Origin: Auanema rhodensis
Lineage: Eukaryota; Animalia; Nematoda
Length of the DNA stretch: 64,000 bases
NCBI GenBank assembly: GCA_964057225.1
Contig: OZ059896.1
Coordinates: 7,068,001 to 7,132,000 of the forward strand
Direction: 5' to 3'
Under the pieces are notes generated by a model that was not told the DNA's origin, made no database searches, and saw only the letters and a list, made by a program, of their open reading frames with translations. Of this stretch, positions 36,801 through 50,802 are shown piece after piece; within the stretch, counting starts at the first letter, position 1, and each line of letters begins with the position of its first letter. Position numbers and translations under genes: made by a program.

Positions 36801-39800
36801 TATGCAATATAAGAGTTCTAATTCTTCTTTCGTAAATTTGCATTCTTTTCCTACACTTCGAATTATACTTTTCATTTGGCAATCTTCCATTGACTGTAAA
36901 AATGTAGAGAATGGATAATACTATAACTGTGAATATCATACTTGAACGACTTTGAGTCTATATTTCAATCTTAAATCTTCGATTTGTTCATTTGTAAATG
37001 AACATCCATAACTGAAATAGGAATCGCCCAGAAGTTTTCCGATTGGGATCTAAACATGGTGTTTTAAATATAATTAATCATTATAATACCTTCTGATAAA
37101 CTTCAATTTCTCCTTCATATATTTTAGCAGTATAATTTTGAAGAATTGTGAGGGTTTCCCCATCATCCCGGGCTTTGCATATATCATCTTGATTTTCTTT
37201 CATCATTTCTAAAGCAACTTGGAACATTAGCTAAAAATACATGTTAACATGAGATAAGTCGATGAATACTATACTTTGGAACCCTCGAAGAAGAAAAGAT
37301 CCAAAATCCGAACGGCTGCATCAAATTTTATTGCAGAGAGAAAGATTGTAAGAAACCATGATAAGGATACCATATCGTCAAGAGAAAGTTTTGCTAAATG
37401 AGCACCAACCGATGGTAAAAATCTTTCCATTAATTCAGCAAAAACACCTAAAACAATTATCGTGAATTTTGAACTATTTGTTATCATAAATACCTTGATC
37501 GACACGAGCTCCAACTACTTTCGAATTATAATAATCTGGAAGTAATCGCTCACAAACAGCGACGAGGAGCCAAAAGCCTTCTTCTTCTTTTGTGAATAAA
37601 AGCAGAACAGCTGCGACAATATTCATAGCTTGACAGTAACCTATAAAAAAAACTGTTAACTCCGTTTCAAAAATTAGAAAATTTACCAATACTAGGATTC
37701 CGAAAAGCATAAGCAGTTAACACTCGACGCAATGCATCTATACCTGGACCAGATTGAAATGCTGGATGTTCGGGTAAACTTCTTAAAAACTAACTAATCA
37801 ACTATAAAAATTGTTTTTCAACCTGTGTAAATCTCTTTCAATTTCATCTAATGCTACCGAATAAGCTCCCTCATTTTTTCTGAGTAATTCATCATAATAT
37901 CCAGGATTTAAATCCATTTCAGCTTTAGCTCCTGAGCATATCATCCACAGCTAAAACAAGCTCAACATTGCAAATATAAATAATCGACGGTTTGTCTACC
38001 TCGCCTCGTATGTTGTTTGGCAGCCCTTCTAATAATAATCTGTGTAAATCAACAGTTCGATACATTGTAACATCTCTTCCATATTCAGAGAACAGTGCAT
38101 CCCATCTGAGTTAAATATCACAATAGGCTAAAGAAATATAAAAAAACCGACTTTCCTCTGCATTTATCGCTTACATCAATACCAAATGGATATGTTTCAA
38201 CTAGTGGGCATAACAACTTTTCTACCGGCCTCACAGGCTCCTGAAAAGATGATCTTACTTAACGTAATAACAACAAAATCATACTTTTGACTCATGTTTG
38301 TGTAAAGATTGATTAATTCGAAAGCGTTCTGTGAATGTCGTAATTTTAGAGAGAACCCTATCCCTATCAGGAACAGAAGAAAATACAATAGCAGCCTAAA
38401 ATCAAGAACATATAAATCATTGATAACATTGTCAATTTTTTCATGAAAAGACAAATATTTTCTATCTGTTACTGACTCCATTACTTAAGCATATTATAAT
38501 TGCTTTTCCGTTTGAATTGCCAGCTCCTAGAAGAGTATTACATTCTTCGGCTGTAGAGATAGAACTAATTGGAATCACAAGAGATACAAGTTTGTCAATC
38601 TAAATTTAAATGAATTCCTGAGAAAGAAAAATATAAATGTTTACCTTGCTAGAGAAGCAAAGAAAATTAGATGAAAGGAATAATTGTCCTTGTACGTATT
38701 TGCGATCATACGGGGTAAATAGGCGACAGCTTGTGTCTCCATCCAGCCGTTCCGATATTGGAAGAGAGAACCGACATCTAAGATATTAAAATAAAGCAAT
38801 TGAACTCTATAAAAATCAAAAATATCACAGAACATCATTTTCGCTCATGCGGTCCATAAAACGTTTGAAAATGAGCATAGAAAAGACGTATCAGATTTTT
38901 ATGACCGTCGAATATGAAATGCCTTACAGCTGTATATTCTGGTGAATCATACAACCTTAAATGTCAAGTTTCTCGATTTTTCCAATTACTTCTGACATCT
39001 TTGTCTAACAAAATCAAATACTAAAGGACGAACTAATTATTCTGATTTTCAAAGATGAAAAACTATTCCACTTATCGACATATTACTGCTATGTATTTCT
39101 ATTCGACAAAATATATTTTTCGTATCATATCCTATACATTTCCCAGGAAACTCTACTTAGTGACTATTATGAGCGATATTTGACAGCGCTGAGGTCTTTC
39201 ATCTCTCGTACTTTTTCGAGGTCATATTGTCTTCTTACTTCTACGATAACATCAACATCTTCTATATGATTCGGTCACCACAATACGGAGTCTAAATCGG
39301 AATCTCCTCATCTTTTGTAATTTGATTTCAATTTTTCTTGAGCCAATTATTATTGCATAATAATCTCTATTGCCCATTTTTTATGTATATGTATATAATC
39401 TATGAATAATATAAATAATTTTATAAATTGTTGTCTTCTTTTCAGAAGCAGAAAAAAAGAAGAATGATTTCTGATCGTTTACCTGGTCAAGTGATTATCT
39501 ATACTATACTAGGCAACGCACAATGCATGAAAGCCAAAGGTATTCTCAATAGAGCTAATATTCCTTACACAGATGTATCACTTGACTCTTTTCCACAGGT
39601 AAGAAAATAATCAATTTGTTCATAAACGTTTTGTTGTTTGAGTGTCGAGAAGAAGTGATACGAAGATCAAAAGGTGACATTTCCCTTCCCCAAATATTTT
39701 TCAATCATATTCACGTTGGTGGAGTTGATCAGTTACAGTTTCTGGTGAGCTTTACATACACAACAAATAAAAAATCTAATTTCAGATGAACGATGAAAAC

Positions 39801-42800
39801 GCGTGGGATAGTATGATGGCTAAAATCATTGAAGGCAACTTAGAACATGAACCTCCAATTCCACTCCCCACCACAGCAGTAGATTACAATGATAACAAAG
39901 AAGACATCGGTTGGTTAATCAACAAAATAAAAAACTTAATTCAATTTTAAGATTGTGTCCTTCACTGGATGCCAGATGAATATGATAAGCTAATTAGTGA
40001 TATGCGAAAATCAAGCTTAATTAGAGATAACAAAGTAAGCTGACAACCTTTAAAGCATTTATATCATGAGCTTTAGGTTGGACTTTTAAAAACATATAGA
40101 AACTCTTTCAAAGGTGAAGAGCTGATAGAATGGATAGTCCGAGAAAGAGGATTGCGTAAGTTGAAGTTTGAAACGTTCAGAATGCAAACAAAATTTGACA
40201 GTTCTTATATCGTCCCAGCTTTGAGTTTTCAGCACCTTTCGTTGAAAGAAAATTTTATGACCCCAATTCGAGAATATTTACGTTGAAAAATATCTTTGAA
40301 GTTAAATATTTCACCATTTAAGCTCTTACTCAGCTGATTTATAATTTTTTTATTTTTAAAATGCGTAAATACATTGTTGAGAACATGAAAACAAAAATAC
40401 CGGTTATTGATGATGTTCGATTTGACAGAGAGATAGAGAGAAAAAAAAGTTAAGTTAAGTGTGTGACAGAATCTTTTTTTCGAACTGTGTTTCTGCCAAC
40501 AAGGTCTATATTCTAACATTCCTCATGGAAACTTATGAAGGATTCCATCCTCTCTCTTGGAACCGTGATTCCAATTGTGAAGCAGATACATACTCTCGGT
40601 TTGCTTATTCATATAATGACGAGTTTCCCTTAGGTAGTTCAATTACAAACATGCATTATATTGTTAATTAATTTTTAAAAAATGAGTTTTTCAAGTTATC
40701 TTTCTTTCAGAACGAAGAGAGGCTTTAGAGATAGGACAAGACTTGATAGATCGTAATTTCGGACAACAAGCATCAAGCGAAATGGGAACCTCGTTTAGTC
40801 CGGATAGGTTGTAGCTTGAGATTTAACTTTTTACCACAACTAATTTAGATTTTATCAACTGGTAGAAGACGATGAAAATCGTCCATTAAACTTTGGTGTA
40901 CCATCAAAAGAGGATATAATGACTGTGACTGAATTCAATAACAACTTTACAAAAATTACTAACCCAGTATTGAATGACATACTGACTGAAGATAGACATG
41001 TTTGAAATGCTTTCGAGAATATTTTGAAACTTTAACATTTCAGACAGTTCACTATCAGAAATTAATAGACAATGATAACTACACGCGATACTTACATTTT
41101 GCTAAAGACCTAAGAAATGTTGATCCGGCACTAAGTAATCCAGATGAGAGAATGGCTTTTTTTATAAATATCTATAACATGATGCTCATTCATATGACAC
41201 ACAAATATGGACCTCCACAAAGCGTGTGGCAAAGAAGAAAAGTTAGTTAATATATTGGTTTAACAAAAAAAATTCTTTCAGTACATGAATAGCACATATT
41301 ATCAAATTCATGAACACAAATATAGCTTGCAATCAATATTGAACGGAATTTTAAGAAGCAATAAGAAAGGATTAGGAATGCTTTGGAAATCATTTGGAAA
41401 ACAAGATGAACGACTTCCAGTAGGTGGCCCAAAGATTTCAAAAATTTAAACAATAAATTTTAGCTGATACTACCTGAATGCGAACCTTTAGTTCATTTTT
41501 GCCTCACGTCGGGAACAAGATCAACTCCTCCAATTCGAACATATTCTACCAAAGTATGTTAAAACCAATACAATTTTTTTGAACAAGGATCACAGGGAGT
41601 ACGAAAAGAAATGATGGAAAATGCGAGAGCTCACCTATTAAGCGATGAGGCATTGAAAGTGGACTCCAAAAAGAATATGGTACACATATCCAAAATTTTC
41701 AAGTGGTATGCTGATGACTTTGGTTCAAGCCAAGAAAAGGTGTGTATAAGAGAATGAAACTATCACTCATTTCTTTTTAGATATTATCGTGGATTCTGCA
41801 ATTATTCGAGGGAATAGAGCATCCCAAGATCAAAGCTCTCCAAACTATGTTTTACACCGGAGACTATGTAGTGGATTACTTAACTTATGACTGGACTTTT
41901 AATGGAATAGAAAAGGTAATGAAGACACATCATTATTACAAATGAACTCGTTTTTTTTTTAAGAAAGAGAGCAGACAAGATTGTAACAGGCATGCCAAAG
42001 ACTGTCCTAACATGGCTAAAGAAATATCGTGTGATTTTTCCTGCTGAATACAACATTCCCTTTACGACAATAGCATAATGTCAAACAATATTGAATGTAT
42101 ATAAAATCGTCTAACCTGTAACTATCACTCCTGTGTCTAGCATCTAAATCACGCTTCAAAAAAGAGCTTGAAGTTTTTCTAGCTCTCTTTTTTGAACTTT
42201 CCATCAAAGCTTTTCGGACAAGATCGGGATCTTCTCGAAAACCCTCTTCTTCTATTAATCTTGAAATAAAGCATAAAAACGCGATAAACCAAACTTAAAA
42301 CTACTGTTTCATAGCTATATTAGCAAGTTGTGATGCCAACGTATATGTTTCTTGAAAATCGCTAAACATCGAAAAATCATAAGACTCGCCCCGAGTTACT
42401 ACTGTAAGCCCTTGCGAAAAGATAAATGAAGAAACTTTATCCAGTTTCTAAATTAGTTCCCATAAAATAGTTGAAAAAGAAACCTATGCTTACCACTATA
42501 TCAGCCCATCTAAGTTTTATTTTTGTTTGACTACCCATTATGAAAGAATGAAAGCATAAGAAATTTACAGACAAATACATTTGCCCTTGATACGGAACTT
42601 TTCCATTCCAATAACAACATTTGTAATCTATAATCAAGGAGATTCGCTCGATATTTCAGAAAACCCTACAATTTACAAGACGTTCATCAGATGGAAGAGC
42701 AAAAAGTTGATGAAATTTAATATGTACAGAACGATTAGAAACAGAATCAAGCACATCTGAACGAGAGAATGAATACTTCGATTAATTTATATTAATAAGT

Positions 42801-43328
42801 ACCTTTTGCGGCTTCTTCTGTAACTTGCATATCCATATTAACTAAGCTCTCTACCTTGGTGAGAATATATTTTCGAGCATCAGCTTCGAGAGTGAAAGAT
42901 TCTGAAAAACTAAGTTCAATAAAATTGCCTAACTTATCGTGTATGACTTAAGGTTGGGGAAATATTCTGCATCAACCATTCCCAATGCTCCCTAATTTCA
43001 GTGAGATCTGCAGCCACTGCCAAAACTACAAGAAATAAAAATAAACAACCAAATCGAAAAACCGAACCTATGGAAATATGAAGATCGTCGTCATTTGAAT
43101 AATCGTATATTATTCTAAACGGTGGTGGTCTTGTATCAAACACTGTATCAATAGTTGCCACTAGAAGTGACGAAATGCCTTTAGTTTCCTTCCCTTTTCT
43201 TTTTTGCAACTTGAAACATTCACCGGATTGAATACAAACCCTAAAATACTCGCATTTAAAATGAAAATCAATTTTCAATACCAGAAGGACTGTCCAACGA
43301 GTATGTGTTCAGGCTTTATCCAAACCAT
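33872..43328 (-). CDS. tbc-9: TBC1D8/TBC1D9-like Rab GTPase-activating protein (2 GRAM + TBC + EF-hand)
   Basis: [27 protein letters not shown]; GRAM1 [25 protein letters not shown]; GRAM2 [22 protein letters not shown]; TBC IERDLHRSLPEH and GYCQAMN; EF-hand [14 protein letters not shown]. Confidence 0.92.
35743..36717 (+). CDS. Secreted protein with Thr/Lys-rich linker and C-terminal C6-type cysteine domain, nested antisense in tbc-9 intron 35538-36794
   Basis: Signal peptide [22 protein letters not shown] then CMPT; the spliced C-terminus reads [27 protein letters not shown]; AATAAA follows the stop. Confidence 0.8.
39464..42047 (+). CDS. Glutaredoxin + DEP + DUF547 domain protein, nested antisense in tbc-9 intron 38779-42114
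   Basis: Grx: [35 protein letters not shown]: [28 protein letters not shown]547: [43 protein letters not shown]. Confidence 0.88.
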
Positions 43329-43464
43329 CGTTACACTGCTTACTGATCGTTCGCAGGGCTGTGAATCAAATTGTTGATCTTTTATACATCGGAATATGTT
43401 ATATTGAGTCGTGCAAGTACTGACTAAATAATCTATAAAGTGAACATACGACTAACAAGGTGTA

Positions 43465-43472
43465 CACGTGAC
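43465..43472 (-). promoter_or_regulatory. CLEAR-like E-box (GTCACGTG) upstream of tbc-9
   Basis: CACGTGAC on the + strand, about 140 bp 5' of the tbc-9 ATG, within a cluster of overlapping palindromes. Confidence 0.35.
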
Positions 43473-43825
43473 TCACGAAAATAAACAAAAAAATATTGAT
43501 GAAACAAAAATTGAACTGAGCAATACTTGAACAATACTATTGCACTTATTAAGCTTATAAATTAGGATTTTCTCACTTTATTAGTATTGTTTATTAAAAT
43601 TCAGTTTGACTGAGCTATTTATGACTAGTTCTCAATAGAGCGCACCTCAGTCCAAGAAAACAGAATTCAACTACAACAAATAATTTTGAGTTTTAGTGAA
43701 GTATTTGGAGTATACCTTTTCAATTAAAACTTTTATTATCAGTTAGTCCATAAACAAATTCGCAAAACAAAGTATTCATATTATGGCAGAAATTCGAAAT
43801 AATCTATTAGTTGAAAAAGATGGAA

Positions 43826-45299
43826 TCACGACTGGGTGATGTCTTCGGTAGTCTGTAATAAACAAGTTTAACCATAAAATATTATGACTTGTTCAGAATT
43901 ACAGTTGCATTATTCTTATTGTTGACGATGATCATATCAGAGAGATTTGTTATCATTTTTTTCATTTTATTCATTTCATGCAGTAGAATATTAAAATCAT
44001 TTCTAGATGGTGGAGCCTAAAAATAAAAATGACAATTATATTTAATTCAATTAGTATGAAACCTCTTCTTCTTTTTGCTGTTTATTTTTCATGCAAATTT
44101 CATACTTCGAAGCGATTTCTGCTAAATCTTTCCAGAACGAGAATGTTGATTCCATCTGAGAATTGGTAGAGCAATCATCAAAAGTCTGGCACTAAAAATA
44201 TAAATAGACTGGAATTTACTAAACACCTACTTCTTTGTCACAAAAGCTGGATGGTGGCATATAGTCGTTCTTAAAAATTAATATACATATATATTGGTGA
44301 AATGTTAAAAAGCAAAACAACCAGAGGTCTCCGTTCCGTGTTCACCCCTATGTCCCTAGGAAATGACTCTGACATGCTGGGAAGAAATATACTATAATAT
44401 GATTTAAATTTAATTTTCAGACTATTATTACCTGGATTGATCATTAAATGATGATGTATATCTACCTATAAGTAAACACTAGTAAATAAGCACTGAATTG
44501 TAACAGACCTTGCATAGTGTTATGGTCTGGATAAGTAGTGTATACTTCAGATTTAATGCTAGCACTGGTTGAACAGTTATTATAGGAATGATCATGTTGA
44601 ATATTTCTCAAGTTTGAAACTTTTTCAAGAACTTGAGTTGCTCCAAAATTTAAATTTGAATGATTAATATCAGTAATTTCTTTAGAACGTGAAGTAAAGA
44701 CATTATTAGACCATGTTTCAAATGTTTTTTGTTTTCCATCTAAATAATACAGTAAAGAAAGTAGTTCATATACCAAGCAATACCTATGAAATGTATTGCA
44801 TCATCCATTTGTGATGTATTATCCAAGCCAATATTAGCATTCTCATTAGCAAGAACAGTTATTTGTAAGTTTGTGCTTTGTCCGCTTATGACTCGGGGGT
44901 TCTGTTTCGAGTCTGTTAATCGGTCAACACATGTACCCCAAATATGGTTATTTCCTACTACAGGAAAATAAGGAGCTGAAATTTGTTCGATATGGTTTCA
45001 AGTTCTAAGGTAATTTGTTTACATCTGTCCAATCTTTGTCGTTTTTTGAATTTCCCATGATACCCCTTATGTTGAAACTGTAATTAATGCGTTTTTCTAT
45101 AAAGAAATCAAACCAGCCTTTTTATTTCGCGAATATGAGGAATCATTCTTAATTCTGGACGTGTATGAATCTGTAAAATATATACATATATACATATTTA
45201 TAATATATTATATATTTTACTACAATTAACAAATCAAAATAGCGAGGAAAACAGTTGAAGAGTACCTTTTTTAGGAAAATATCTGGATCGTGATGACAT
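43826..45299 (-). CDS. Uncharacterised multi-exon protein, low-complexity body with a C-terminal predicted coiled coil
   Basis: MSSRSRYFPKK/DSYTSRIK.. with several GT-AG exons, ending FWKDLAEIASKYEICMKNKQQKEEE/APPSRNDFNILLHEMNKMKKMI../TTEDITQS*. No family recognised. Confidence 0.6.
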
Positions 45300-45666
45300 A
45301 TTTCTTGTTTTGGGATTGCTTAAAGTTTAAAAATTCAAATTTACAGAAACAAACGCTTTACGTGTGACCACACGTTAATATGCAGATTTCACGTAATTCA
45401 TAAACACCGTAATATATTACGGGAGATATGATTTGAAATATTTGAATAGTAACTATGTTGTTGAAAGAAAGTTTTGGTTGTAAATGAGTGTTGTAATGTT
45501 ATTAATTTCATCATAGTTTATTAAAAAATGGTACACTTGTTTTTTTATACATTAGAAATCAGGCAAGGTTTTCGAAGTACAATAAACATAACCGTAGAAG
45601 TTAAAGATAAGGTATAATAAGATCGGTGATTTAATGATATGCTACATATTGTTTGATATGATGTAA

Positions 45667-47045
<1,379 letters not shown>

Positions 47046-47181
47046 TTCTAAATCAGAAGTGTTGGATAAGTATTTTTCCGTCAGATAAAATATGTTACTA
47101 ACATGTTGTGCAACAATCACAAATATAAAAGAATGTTTATTAATAGTTCTGTATAATGACAAAAACTTGACTAGTATGTAC

Positions 47182-50100
47182 TCATTCAACCTTTTTTGAT
47201 GACCATAGAGTTTGGGGAATGTTCATATAAGCGATAGTAAGCATAATTACAATGTGAGATACGAATAAAGGTAGAAAACAGGAATAAGTATAAGATGAAA
47301 CCAAATAAGCTAAAGGAGCACCAGCGAAAACTGCACCAACTGAAAAGAATAAATGATGGATAAAAAACTTATATTAAACTTACAGTTAGCAATAAAAGAA
47401 GTGAACGCACTAAATGAACCTGCATTGTTTTTAAGACCAGCTTTGGCTGAAATCATACACCAGACATTTATTGAAGAATTGACAAAAAATCCCAGAATAA
47501 ACCCAAGTGGTATGATAAGGTTCTAAACAGTTGATATAAAGGTTCCATGTGAGTTTGTAAACAACTTACGGAGACGCTTGTGGAAATAGCCACGGTTGAA
47601 ATCATGATAAATTCGAAGATGAACGCTAGGATTCGCCTTGCTTTCAAAGCATCGACATATTTACAAAGTAAATCTAGAATTATTCCCGAAGCAAAAGTTC
47701 CGATTATACTGAAAACAAAATTTGAATAATGATCAGAAAAATTGACAAACCCTCCCATTTCATAGAGGAACATAAATTGAGCACTATCTAGTTTAATATC
47801 ACTGATATACAGTGGAAGCCAACTTTCAGAAACTGTTCTAATCTATAAACAAAAAAAGATACTAATATGTACCTTAGGAAATGTTCACCTCGAGTACAAA
47901 CAAAAATGGAAGAGCAACCCCCCATAAGACAGGTGTTTTCAACAAACTGAAGACTGATGCTTCGTTTTCTTTTTTAGCTATCTTTTGCTCTTCAACAATT
48001 TCACTGCTCTTGATCAGAAAATAACCAACGATGGAAAAGGCGATACAGCCGAAGGCTATAAGTTATTGATTGGGATAAAAATTATATGCATGATAAGGCT
48101 ACCTAAAAACGATGAGAATGTTCTCCAGTAAAACCAGGTAATTGTTGGAAGAAGCAATCCAGCAATATTACTTCCACATCCAAGTAGAGAAAAAAATTTT
48201 CCGAACGAATCATCTTTGAACCACTTAAATAATGCATAAGTTATTACATATGCAAATTTTTCTAATATTGCTCACTTTTCCTACTAATTTCGTAGCAGGA
48301 ACCCATCCAGCTCCTTGTAAAGACCCGATTAATGCAACAGATATCAACACATGACTAAGACATGAAGCATAACCTTAAGAGGTTATTTTATTTTCTATGA
48401 TTTCAAAGTTATCACAAACTCAAAGTGAGAATCGATAAGGCAGTTCCAAAGAGACCAGACATAAGTAAGATATCTGGAGAAATCTTATCAGATGCAACTC
48501 CAAAAATTAGTTTGCTGGCAGTAAAGCATAATGCTTGAGTCGAAACAAGAAAGCCTAAAACACAAAAAATTGTTCGTTTAGTTCGCATGAAACACTAAAC
48601 AACATTTAACATCAATTCATACTTTATTCCACAAAATAAACGTATAAAAAAATTAATTGACATTTAAAGCACAAGCGAGATATGACCTAACTATGAAAGT
48701 GATTAGAAATGCTATCAAAGGTGTGCTTTGCAGAAAACACCTGGTTTCCTTGCCTAAACTACGAATTTCTCGCTCTTAATATATCGCAGAAAACTTCATA
48801 AAAAAGGAAAGCACAACCCGAACTTGCAGCTGCTTTCAGCTGACTAGGCAGTAAACCTTTGAATAACCCATAAATAGATTCATTCCGTAAAATAAACATC
48901 ATGGATCGAATCATTCCGCGGTCATGTACAGATTGTTTTCCAAATCCTGATCGTTTGAAACCATTGACTTGTAGTCGATGTCTAACCATATCCAATGGAT
49001 AAAGAACCTAAAGACAACGCGCAAATTTGAATATTTCACGGTGTCCTTACCGTTTTAGCTACAGTTCCGGAAGCAGCACCTGCGACTAAAGCCCCATAAT
49101 TTTCATGATTTTCAACCAACTTGTTCCAGATTTTGTAAAAAGCATTGTACATAGTGAACTGAAGTCCCGTGAATGGAGCTACTTGTATTAATCCAGGAAC
49201 CCAACCACGGAAGTAACCTTTAAATCCCTCTGTTCGCCAGATATGTGGCAAAGCATCTATTGTTCCTAAAGAGCATGGTGACTCTTCTAACTACATTTCG
49301 GAAACCTTTATAAACAACAGATTCATGACCTTGAGCAACAAGTCGCGTTCGAATAACATCCAAAGGCATTGCAGCAGTCATAGCAAAGCATCCAGCTAAA
49401 CTACCACATGCGAAGTCTATAGGTGAGTGGAATTTGTTCACTATATCTGTGTTAAGATGAATGGCGACCCAAAATAATAAACATTTAAAAAATATGATAT
49501 GCCAAAAAAGGAATACTTGCCGGGTCAGCCATTCAAAAGAGGCAAACTGCACAAGTCCGTATACAGCTGAGAGACCCTGTGCTGGAATATGGCCTTTCCA
49601 GAAAGCTCTGGCACTTTCTTCACGTAAAATAACCCGAACAGATTGCAGTATTCCCTTAAAAAAAGCATAAGACCTGTCGATCACAACCAGATACCTTGTA
49701 TTTTCCAGAATTAGCCCCCCCGATAGGTTCTTCCTGCAATTGAAACCTAATTTTTAAAACATCTAGTGGTTGGATAATCACACGAGTGGCTATACCACTA
49801 ACTAATCCCGCTTCACTAAATCAATCCAAATCAGAACCATGGCAACGGCCGAGAAATACCTGTGCTCGACAGATGACAGCTCTCTACCATTAATAGGTTC
49901 TGACTCATACCCTACCATTACATACAAATACTAAATGATCTGTAATACCAAAGATCATTTTCAAAAAAAAAATATAAATAACTCAAATAAAAGAGCTTAA
50001 TAATCATAAAAAAACAGAAATCAATCACAATATTTGGATTCAGACAATTAGACCAGAGATGAACATGAACCAATACATTTATAAAGGTATTAGAACCTAC

Positions 50101-50224
50101 CGATGTTATCCTTTGTTAATAAAATTTCATCTCTGATCTGACTGAGAGACATGATAGGAAGTCTTCGGCAGTAGACATACAGAATGTAAGTAGTCAGAAC
50201 CACTATGAATTTTAAGAGAGCCAT
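47182..50224 (-). CDS. SLC37A4/G6PT-like MFS sugar-phosphate antiporter; exon 1 at 50101-50224, exon 2 starts at 48554
   Basis: YILYVYCRR..DEILLTKDNIG|FLVSTQALCFTASKLIFGVASDKISP..LQGAGWVPATKLVGKWF..FGKFF..SNIAG; later FLYEMGGIIG and GAVFAGAP. This parallels SLC37A4 (EEIPLDKDDLGFITSSQ..AQGLGWPPCGKVLRKWF). Confidence 0.85.
48759..49918 (-). CDS. SLC25A19: Mitochondrial thiamine pyrophosphate carrier (SLC25A19-like), nested same-strand in intron 1 of the SLC37A4-like gene
   Basis: AGLVSGIATRVIIQPLDVLKIRFQLQEEP, AFWKGHIPAQGLSAVYGLVQF, PLDVIRTRLVAQG, YPLDMVRHRLQ, GLFKGLLPSQLKAA; three PxD/ExxK/R carrier repeats. Confidence 0.93.
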
Positions 50225-50802
50225 ACTGCAACTTAATATTAGGAGACAATAATACCACTCACAATTTTCCAAGCAAAATGATTAAAAATTGTTATATATA
50301 GAGATAATTGAATGATAAAAACATTAATACATCTAATTTTAGAAAAATGATGAAATCATGAAGTCTTAAAACTTTTCGAAAAAATGATGTCATCATTACG
50401 GCACACAATATCATATATTAACCACAATCAACGTGAGAAAAATCTAATTTATTGTTTTAAAGACAAACTTCAAGGTCAACGCACAAGCAGTATAAAGTAA
50501 AATTATTTCTAATAAAATTATCTATGAAAAAAACGGAAATTAAGATTATGCCCTTCAAGATCATGAACAAGTTAGAAATTAAATCCTACGAGAAATGCAA
50601 TGTTTACTTTCGTAAAAACAGTGCATTTGTATGTAAGAAGTATCCCTCACAAGAAGCTACAGTTTTTCTCTATTTAATGGGTTTATGTATGCCATTTTGT
50701 GTTGATTTTCATAAGATTTGTATATATATAAATATACATTCACTGTTAAATATCGTTTCCAGTCATTAATATCCCAAGTTATATTAAGGGTTTGTTTTTG
50801 TA

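Noticed and set aside
49919-50100. Fusion of SLC37A4-like exon 1 to SLC25A19 as one protein
   Set aside because: Both available acceptors are out of frame with the carrier ATG and reach a stop
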